Notes under the pieces: generated by a model
Databases searched by the model: none
What the model saw: only the letters and a program-made list of their open reading frames with translations
What the model was told of the DNA's origin: nothing
Part shown: one piece after another, positions 56,896 through 64,000 of the stretch
How the letters are laid out: each line of letters opens with the position of its first letter
How positions within the stretch are numbered: position 1 is the first letter of the stretch
Made by a program: the position numbers and the translations under genes
Origin: a virus
Virus record (IMG/VR): IMGVR_UViG_3300044617_002446
Coordinates: 1-64,000 of that record
Length of the DNA stretch: 64,000 bases
Strand: one strand, 5' to 3'

Positions 56896-58734
56896 TTAAT
56901 TTTCAAAAAAAGAACCATTATTGTTATATAATACACTTTTCTGCGATGAAAAACTTCCGTTTTTAACAAAAAGATCATTACTTGACGATTCAAAATAATC
57001 TATATTTTTATCAAGTTTAACTCCGTTTAAAAAACACGACAAAGAACTTTCTTTATACTTTCCGCCAAGCAAATCTATATTAAAAAATCCAGAATAAGAA
57101 TTAAATTCTTTTCTTTTTGTTTTTATATTTTTAACAATAGATAAAGTACCAGAAACGCCTTCAAATAAAGAAATATAATTATTAAAAAATAAATTGTTAT
57201 TAATTACATATATATAATTTTCATTAATTAAATTAAAAATACCAGTATTTAATTTCTGCCCATTAAAAAATACCAAATTATTTGTACCAGAACAAATAAA
57301 CCTATTACCTGTTCCAGATACGTGGCTGAAATTATCAATAATTTCGATTTCAGAAAAGTCTAAATATTCAACGTATGCCTCATCACCAAGGGAGTATCCG
57401 CCAGTAGAATAAATAAATTTTCCCGACGTAAAATAGTCGCGCTCAAGAACAATCTTTTGATCATAAAAATCTCCAGAATAATATCCAGATCCACTGTTTT
57501 GCATTATACCATTTAAATAAAAAACGAAATTTGAATTTGTATTATTTAGAAAAAACCCTAAATTTATTCTATCCAAAGATGGATAATAACTTTGTGAATT
57601 TGCAAAAGTATTTAAAAATTCACCAGTATTGCTTTCATATGTCCAAGAAAAAACATTTCCTGTATCTAAATTATATACGCTTACGCCTTTAGACATTCCA
57701 AAAGAACTATAATAAGATTCGTCAAAAACTAATTCTGTAGAAAGACCCGTAAATATAGGATAAACTACTTCACCACTTATCGGAACCTGAATAATGCCGC
57801 TTTCTATATAATAAATCGGTTCCTCTGTATATCCTGTATATTTATTGCCAAATTCATCCTCAACCAATCCAGTTGGATTTATTGTGTATCCAGTAATGCC
57901 GCTTGATATACCAGTATATATTGAATTGTATCCTGTTATTTCATAGCCTGTTACATACCCAGAAATAAAACCCGATGTCACCGGTTCATAAATAAAACCA
58001 CTTGCTAAAAGCGAAGAATTAAATTGGTCAACCGGTTCAGAAAAAAACAAAAACTCATCTAAGTAGCCACTAAAATTTTTATTATAAAAATTATTTGAAT
58101 TACCAGTAATACCACCAATGTTCCAACTTTTGGATCCGGTTAAAATAGGCGCCTCAAGAAAAAAATCTTTGGAAACAACACCCTGAGAAAAAAAGTTTTG
58201 TTTTCCAAGTGATAAATTTCCATTTGAATATGAAACAAATAAACAATTATTTTCCCCGAGAGGTTCATCTAAAACGTAAGAATACAAATTATTATCACTT
58301 CTATTTTCAAAATACAATCTATTTGCATCATTTATTCCGAATGAAAAACCTTTATATATTGTTGCATTTTTATAAAAATCTTTTTCAATATTGGAAAATA
58401 TAACACCTTTTCCACTAGCGACAAAAGAAAAACCAAATCCATTAAACTCATAATCAAATCCAGAACCAAAATTATTAACCTGCAATATTCTAGATCCTGT
58501 AAAAAAACCGTATCCAGATTTATGAAAAAATCCAGATCCACCAGGGGGAACAAAAGAAAAAGAAGAACCCGAAATAACTTTTAAATAAAAATCTTCATAT
58601 TCAGAATACGGCGAGGAATTTGGCACATTCAATCCGGCATCCAGTCCATTAAATCTATAATGCAAAATATAATTCCCTGTATTTAGAGAACTAAAATTTT
58701 CTAAAAAATATAATGTTCCTGTTTTTGCAGACAT
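56896..58734 (-). CDS. S/T-G-rich virion protein with a LamG/concanavalin-like domain
   Basis: LHYRF..FSFGINDANRLYF..WNIGG..FSGYLDEFLFFS; repeated VFxLNG motifs near the C-terminus. Confidence 0.65.
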   Translation of the reverse strand: MSAKTGTLYFLENFSSLNTGNYILHYRFNGLDAGLNVPNSSPYSEYEDFYLKVISGSSFSFVPPGGSGFFHKSGYGFFTGSRILQVNNFGSGFDYEFNGFGFSFVASGKGVIFSNIEKDFYKNATIYKGFSFGINDANRLYFENRSDNNLYSYVLDEPLGENNCLFVSYSNGNLSLGKQNFFSQGVVSKDFFLEAPILTGSKSWNIGGITGNSNNFYNKNFSGYLDEFLFFSEPVDQFNSSLLASGFIYEPVTSGFISGYVTGYEITGYNSIYTGISSGITGYTINPTGLVEDEFGNKYTGYTEEPIYYIESGIIQVPISGEVVYPIFTGLSTELVFDESYYSSFGMSKGVSVYNLDTGNVFSWTYESNTGEFLNTFANSQSYYPSLDRINLGFFLNNTNSNFVFYLNGIMQNSGSGYYSGDFYDQKIVLERDYFTSGKFIYSTGGYSLGDEAYVEYLDFSEIEIIDNFSHVSGTGNRFICSGTNNLVFFNGQKLNTGIFNLINENYIYVINNNLFFNNYISLFEGVSGTLSIVKNIKTKRKEFNSYSGFFNIDLLGGKYKESSLSCFLNGVKLDKNIDYFESSSNDLFVKNGSFSSQKSVLYNNNGSFFEN

Positions 58735-58737
58735 AGT

Positions 58738-60363
58738 TTATTCTATTAATAAAAATCCTGTACCAGCTTCATATGACACAGTTATATTAAAATTATACAC
58801 CTGAGGACCTGAAGCAAGGTCTTTAGATATTTCCACAGCCTCTATAAAATAACCACTGCCTACATATCTGGAAATCAAAGAAAAGGCAAATGATTTTATA
58901 TTAGAATAAACCTCCGCAACAGAACAAGTATCCAGTAATTGTGCTGAGCCCTGAATTGAACACGACGGTCTTGTTGTTGATTCGATATCAATAACCTTTG
59001 CGCCATTATTAACAGTTTGCACCGGTAAAATTATTTTTCTTGATGCGTCTATATTTATATCGAAATTTAAATTTCTAAATTGATTATACCAAATATTAGC
59101 TGGATTCGCCTCTGCATAAGCGGCACTCACTGTAATTGTGCCATTTCTTTCATCAAACTCAACAGAATAAGACCTTGCATAAGGCTCTATTCTTACAGAC
59201 GAATCTTCTTCACTTAAAAATTTTTGACATAGTGCGGCTACATTTAAATTAGAGTAAAAACTCTTTAATTCTGACCATTTTGTTTTTTGTGATTTTTTAC
59301 CTTTTATAGTACCTGTAAAACTTATTTCATGCAGCTCAGATAAGTCATCATACGATATTGAATACTCGGACTCTAAATAAACGGTCCCGGCTCCTATATC
59401 AGAATTAAAAGAACAAGAAAATGAGGCAGATCTTTCAATTTCATTTTCATTTACCTTAAAATTTAAAATATTTGGATTTAAATCAATACTATATTTCTTT
59501 TTAAATATAGTATTTGCTATACTATAAAAATCGATTCTTTTAATTGCATTTCTTATTTCGTTAAAATCAGTATTACCCAAATTACCAGCGGCAAATCCGC
59601 CGTTAATACTTCCATCCATCGAAACATTATAAATTCCAGACTCTTCGTCATATGAAATTTCAACAGATGAATTAAAAATCATGTTACTATTAACTCTCCT
59701 TGCGTCACAAATATATCTTCTTGTTATCGAATAAGAAGCCTCCATTCTATTTATTTCTTCATTTTCAGAAACCAGAACCGGAGAAGTTATCGTTCCGTTT
59801 TTTAATATTCTTGCAGAAATTGGAACAGCTGACCCAATCGTTATGTTGCTGTTTACATAATTTATCGCATTATCAAGGGCGCTATTATTTGTTTTAAATC
59901 CTTTTGCAGAAACTGTATGTTCTATAGTTATTTCGCCGTTTTCTCCTTCAGAATAAGATATTTCATTTGACGGTTCTATCACGCCAAAGTCAGAGATATT
60001 AAAATAATCTTCTTCGTAGCATTCAATGCTTATAGAATAAGGTTTAATTGAAAAAGTTTTATCCTCATCACAATTAAAAGATGTTATTTTAGAATAAGGT
60101 TTTTTAACAACCTCGACGCCTTCAGAGACAATTTTAAACTCTTTGAAATCAGAAGATAACCTATTAAAAAGAGTTGTTGTTTTATTTATTATATCAGAAT
60201 AACTGGTGTTGCATGAACCTGTTATAACTCCTTCCAGAGTAAAAATATCTTTAGCGCCAAATTTTTTACCATACCTTATTGGCTCAACACTTCTTGAAAC
60301 ATATGGCGTTGGACCTACATCTGAAAATAAATTTGCACCGTTGTAAAATATAGAAACGCTCAT
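58738..60363 (-). CDS. Tail/baseplate protein with internal beta-rich repeats
   Basis: Near the tape measure gene; repeated EISY..G..(I/V)...G units. Confidence 0.6.
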   Translation of the reverse strand: MSVSIFYNGANLFSDVGPTPYVSRSVEPIRYGKKFGAKDIFTLEGVITGSCNTSYSDIINKTTTLFNRLSSDFKEFKIVSEGVEVVKKPYSKITSFNCDEDKTFSIKPYSISIECYEEDYFNISDFGVIEPSNEISYSEGENGEITIEHTVSAKGFKTNNSALDNAINYVNSNITIGSAVPISARILKNGTITSPVLVSENEEINRMEASYSITRRYICDARRVNSNMIFNSSVEISYDEESGIYNVSMDGSINGGFAAGNLGNTDFNEIRNAIKRIDFYSIANTIFKKKYSIDLNPNILNFKVNENEIERSASFSCSFNSDIGAGTVYLESEYSISYDDLSELHEISFTGTIKGKKSQKTKWSELKSFYSNLNVAALCQKFLSEEDSSVRIEPYARSYSVEFDERNGTITVSAAYAEANPANIWYNQFRNLNFDINIDASRKIILPVQTVNNGAKVIDIESTTRPSCSIQGSAQLLDTCSVAEVYSNIKSFAFSLISRYVGSGYFIEAVEISKDLASGPQVYNFNITVSYEAGTGFLLIE

Positions 60364-60364
60364 T

Positions 60365-62005
60365 TTATGTTGGTTTAAATGTTTGCAAATCCAAAGATGC
60401 CGTTTTATTTAATGGATTATATGAATACGAAGCACTTTCAATATACATATCAGATCCCCTGCATATTGCAGCTTCAGTTTTCAATTTATCTAAAATAAAA
60501 TTTAAACTATTATTAGTTTTTGTTGAAACAGCTGAAACAGAAATGCTTTTTTTCTCATGAATATTATTTGAGGTTGACGGCTGCTTAATTTCTTTAAATC
60601 TTGGAACTACTATATTTGAAGAAAGTTTAATTTGTTCACCAGCTTGATTTGCGCAAGAAGAATCCAAGGTTTTTAAATTATTTAATTTGCCTCTAGATCT
60701 TGAAAGATCATCCGTATAAGATATGTCATAATTAACCGCGCCCATTCGATCAGATTTTGTAACAGACCAATTTTGCAGGTTCAGCGAAAAGCTAGTACAC
60801 GGCGCTATTCTTTTTGAATAAAAACTATTTATTCTGCTTGGAACACTCACGCCAGGCTTTATATTAGTTTTCCAAAAAGTATTAGCTTTATTTTGTTTTT
60901 CTAAATCTTTTAATATATCGTCACCAATTATTGTTCCAGATTCTTTTACTGTGGTTATATTTTGTTCATCGGTCTCTAATTCCAATTTATATTCCCAAAA
61001 TACCGGACCAGAAGCAGAACCATCTGAATAATTTTTTGTATAAAATAAATCATTTGAAAAAGTAACTGTATATGAAACAAAGCCAGACTTTTCTGTTATA
61101 GTCGTTCCTTTTTCTATCGGTTTATCATATAGTGCAGCAGATGTATCTAAATTTACATTGGTTGATTTATATGTATTATAAATAGATTGGCATCTTGTAA
61201 ATGCATTTGCCATATCCGACTTTGCATCGGCAATCATTTGGTCGGTTTTATCCCATTTGGCAGTATATTCAGCGGTTTCAGTTATTTTTATAACACCATC
61301 TTCAGCAACGTCAAATGTACTTGTTCTGGATTTTAAATATGTATCAAGGTCATCATTTAAAACATATCTCTTTTCAAAAGAACAACTATTGGTAATTTTA
61401 TTATAAGTTTCACTAAAATAAGTATTTAATGTTACTTTCGAATTACCCCAAAGCAAAGCTGGAAAATCTTCTGACGCAAACAGTTTTACTGCAATAGCCT
61501 TTGCCAAATCTATTCCTGAAGACGGGGCGTCTATTGCCGTTATATTTATTGAATGAGTATAAGAATCTGTTTTTTGGTCAGAATCTTTTCTAAAAGTTTC
61601 GCTAATAGAATCTAAAAATTTTAAATCAGAAGCAGTCAATCCGCTTATAGATGGATTTAAATAAGACAAGTCGCCGTCTTCATATATTGTAAACGATGCG
61701 GAATATTCTTTTATTCTTACGTCGCTTCCTGAAGAAAAAGAAACCGATGACATAAAGCCTTGCCCAAAACTTACGCCATTTATAATTATTTCGTCCCAGT
61801 TATTTAAAAAACTAATTATTGTATTTTCAACCTCTGATGTTATTCCACCCACACCAAAAGAATTAGCTAAATCCAAAAGATTTCCGCTTATAGAAACTTC
61901 TTTTGTAATTCTATATCGAAATCCTTCGCCAAGAAATTGAAACTGCCTGTTAAGACCAAGTGCAGCCGGTTGATTTTTCGTTGTGCCGTTGATTGTTATA
62001 GCCAT
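60365..62005 (-). CDS. Tail/baseplate protein, probable paralog of 58738..60363
   Basis: Directly follows the tape measure gene; ATG at 62005 (MAITING); similar repeat units. Confidence 0.6.
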   Translation of the reverse strand: MAITINGTTKNQPAALGLNRQFQFLGEGFRYRITKEVSISGNLLDLANSFGVGGITSEVENTIISFLNNWDEIIINGVSFGQGFMSSVSFSSGSDVRIKEYSASFTIYEDGDLSYLNPSISGLTASDLKFLDSISETFRKDSDQKTDSYTHSINITAIDAPSSGIDLAKAIAVKLFASEDFPALLWGNSKVTLNTYFSETYNKITNSCSFEKRYVLNDDLDTYLKSRTSTFDVAEDGVIKITETAEYTAKWDKTDQMIADAKSDMANAFTRCQSIYNTYKSTNVNLDTSAALYDKPIEKGTTITEKSGFVSYTVTFSNDLFYTKNYSDGSASGPVFWEYKLELETDEQNITTVKESGTIIGDDILKDLEKQNKANTFWKTNIKPGVSVPSRINSFYSKRIAPCTSFSLNLQNWSVTKSDRMGAVNYDISYTDDLSRSRGKLNNLKTLDSSCANQAGEQIKLSSNIVVPRFKEIKQPSTSNNIHEKKSISVSAVSTKTNNSLNFILDKLKTEAAICRGSDMYIESASYSYNPLNKTASLDLQTFKPT

Positions 62006-62014
62006 ATAATACAA

Positions 62015-64000
62015 TTAAGCTTTTTTCTGCAAACTGCCAAGTTGGTCTGGAGTCATAGAAGATAAGGTTTTATTTGTTGACATAGGTGGTTTGGCTTTTA
62101 TCGCCCCACCTTTTTCAAGCTCACTTCTTAATTCATTTATTTTTTGATTGGCTCTGTCAACACCAGCCTTGATTTCATCAACATATATAGCTTCAACTTT
62201 AGTAGCCATTCCATTTTGAACATCTTGCGGCGTACTTGTTGGTATCGTTACCGAAACAGGAACACTTATATTATACGTTGCCCCTGCACCAGCTGCCGCA
62301 GCTGACATTGACGGCATAGTCGATAACGCCTGTTCCGTTGGCGACGGCTGTCTAGGCATAGCGTTTTGTGTAACAGGAGCTTGTGAATTAGGTTGAACAA
62401 TACCAGAAAAAGCTGTTTTATTTGTAGCTGTGACCAGATTTGGATTCATGAAATTTGTTGAACCAGGTGTAAAATATCCTTCTTTACCCAAGGCTGCGTT
62501 TCTTCCAACAATTGATTGAATTGATTCTGGCGTGGCATTTGCTCCAAGTTGAGACCTAATATCTGTTACGTTTGCTTCTGCTCGACCAAATTTTTCTTTA
62601 TTTTTATTTATCTGTACCTCGGCGGATCGCTGTTCACCCACGGCCGTTTTATAAGCTTGGTCAGCAGCAACAAAATCTTTAAAAAGCTCCGCTTGCTTTA
62701 TAAATTCTTTATCTTGTTTAGCTGTTGAAGCCCCCGTGGAAACATTTGTTCTGGCTTGTTGGATTGCTTCGTCCGAAAAGGCTTTAGAATACATTTCAAT
62801 AAATGACGCATTATTTTCAGATCCCAAATCTGCCTTTTGTAAGGCATTATCGCCAGCAAATTTAGAAATAGCCAAATCTCTTAATTTTTTCGACTCTTCA
62901 GTTTTACCTTTCTTGGTATCTAATTCGGTCTGTGCAAAAGAAAGCTCTTCTTTCGCATCAGATAAAGCATTTTCCATTGAAATTTTCATTTCAGCAGCTC
63001 TACCCTTATTAATTGCCGCTTCAAGCTGTGACCCAATTTTTGAAATATCGAATGATTCTCTTATAGCATCTTCAACTTCATTTAATTTACCAACAACCTC
63101 TTTTGTTTGATTATTTATTGTTAAAACTTGAAGTTTTGTATCACCGGTTACGCCCATATAAGCATCTTTTAACTCTTTAGGAAGACCTTCAAAAGCAGTT
63201 TTTGTATAATCACTTGTTACAGCATCAACATATTGACCAGAATCTATTGCTCCAAATTTTTGCAATAATTGAAGATTTGCTGCTGTCATCGTACCTGTGT
63301 CGCCACCAGCTTGAAGACTTTGTATTTGTTCTCTTAATCTATCAAATATTTCCGGACCAAGTGCGCCACCGGCTTGCGCTTCAAATTCATCAACTGATTT
63401 TGATAAAAATGAGCTATATCCTTGAGCTATAGCTTTAAAATTCGTATCACCCATCGACATAATAGGTACGCCTGCAAATCGCGTCAGTTTAGATATACTA
63501 TCTGTTAATGAACCTAATTTATCAAACGCTGGAGCCTCGCCGGTTGCTTTATCAACGATTTTTCCAAACTCATTTGTAGTTAAATTTCCAACATTATATC
63601 CACCGCCAACAGTTGCAGCCAAAGAATCTTTGATTTGATTAACCAAAGAATCTTCTTCATTAAGAAGCCCCTTGGTTATTTCTTCAGGTCCACCACCTAA
63701 ACTTTGTGCCTCAACTATTTTTTGACGAGCTTTTTCAAACGCAAGCTGCTGAGCTAAAAGAGCCTTTTGTTGTTGTTCATTTCTATTTGAAGTTTTTACG
63801 CCCCTATCAATATCATCAAGTTCTTTAGTAATTTTATTTTGTAAATCCTGTATAGCTGACTCTGTAAATTTGCCACTCGCTTTTAGTTCGCTTATAAATT
63901 TTGCGGCATCGGCTCTAGCGCCACCAACATCACCTTTTAATAATTTTTCATTAATACCACTGCCCAAAAGGGAAGCGCGCAGCTGTTCTTTTTCTCTTTC
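62015..64000 (-). CDS. Probable tape measure protein, C-terminal part; runs off the window end
   Basis: The frame stays open to 64000 (EREKEQLRASLLGSG..). The sequence is A/Q/E/K-rich and helical, with a low-complexity region and TYNISVPVSV near the C-terminus, and lies upstream of baseplate genes. Confidence 0.7.
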   Translation of the reverse strand, partial: EREKEQLRASLLGSGINEKLLKGDVGGARADAAKFISELKASGKFTESAIQDLQNKITKELDDIDRGVKTSNRNEQQQKALLAQQLAFEKARQKIVEAQSLGGGPEEITKGLLNEEDSLVNQIKDSLAATVGGGYNVGNLTTNEFGKIVDKATGEAPAFDKLGSLTDSISKLTRFAGVPIMSMGDTNFKAIAQGYSSFLSKSVDEFEAQAGGALGPEIFDRLREQIQSLQAGGDTGTMTAANLQLLQKFGAIDSGQYVDAVTSDYTKTAFEGLPKELKDAYMGVTGDTKLQVLTINNQTKEVVGKLNEVEDAIRESFDISKIGSQLEAAINKGRAAEMKISMENALSDAKEELSFAQTELDTKKGKTEESKKLRDLAISKFAGDNALQKADLGSENNASFIEMYSKAFSDEAIQQARTNVSTGASTAKQDKEFIKQAELFKDFVAADQAYKTAVGEQRSAEVQINKNKEKFGRAEANVTDIRSQLGANATPESIQSIVGRNAALGKEGYFTPGSTNFMNPNLVTATNKTAFSGIVQPNSQAPVTQNAMPRQPSPTEQALSTMPSMSAAAAGAGATYNISVPVSVTIPTSTPQDVQNGMATKVEAIYVDEIKAGVDRANQKINELRSELEKGGAIKAKPPMSTNKTLSSMTPDQLGSLQKKA

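Noticed and set aside
2759-63432. Antisense and alternate-frame short ORFs in the track (e.g. 4610..4987, 10442..10882, 13842..14159, 44860..45258, 49711..50121, 62736..63110)
   Set aside because: They lie within well-supported long genes, have no recognisable motifs, and are expected shadows of biased codon usage.
1-64000. Alternative genetic code (stop recoding) as seen in some large phages
   Set aside because: Long genes are intact in code 11, and TAA, TAG and TGA all end plausible genes with tight packing.
1-64000. CRISPR array, tRNA genes or a diversity-generating retroelement
   Set aside because: I saw no spaced direct repeats, no cloverleaf with a T-loop consensus, and no reverse transcriptase or template/variable repeat pair. 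The intergenic gaps are mostly too short.

Overview
This is a 64-kb, AT-rich (roughly 30% GC by eye) segment of a large dsDNA bacteriophage genome in the standard genetic code. It has three blocks. (1) Left arm, minus strand (1-12.6 kb): an RNA ligase gene split in two by a free-standing GIY-YIG endonuclease, a capsid decoration-like gene, a 2404-aa IPT/TIG-repeat protein and a modular head-associated protein. (2) Plus-strand replication and metabolism block (12.9-40.65 kb): dNMP kinase, sigma factor, SSB-like protein, class Ia RNR, dUTPase, RecA-like protein, DnaB, primase, exonuclease, a DnaE split into PHP, exonuclease and core genes, and about nine glycosyltransferase, sugar-nucleotide and sugar-methyltransferase genes. 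(3) Minus-strand tail and baseplate block (40.6-64 kb): very large S/T-G-rich proteins and the 3' end of a probable tape measure gene. Motifs typical of Verrucomicrobia and Planctomycetes secreted proteins suggest a PVC-superphylum host (inference). The best leads are a putative virion O-glycosylation system (glycosylation genes plus S/T-G-rich structural proteins), the intron-less split RNA ligase, a GTGTAW late-promoter motif, a possible thiol-redox module beside Cys-rich virion proteins, and a structured non-coding element at the divergence point. All calls come from motif recognition by eye; no searches were run.
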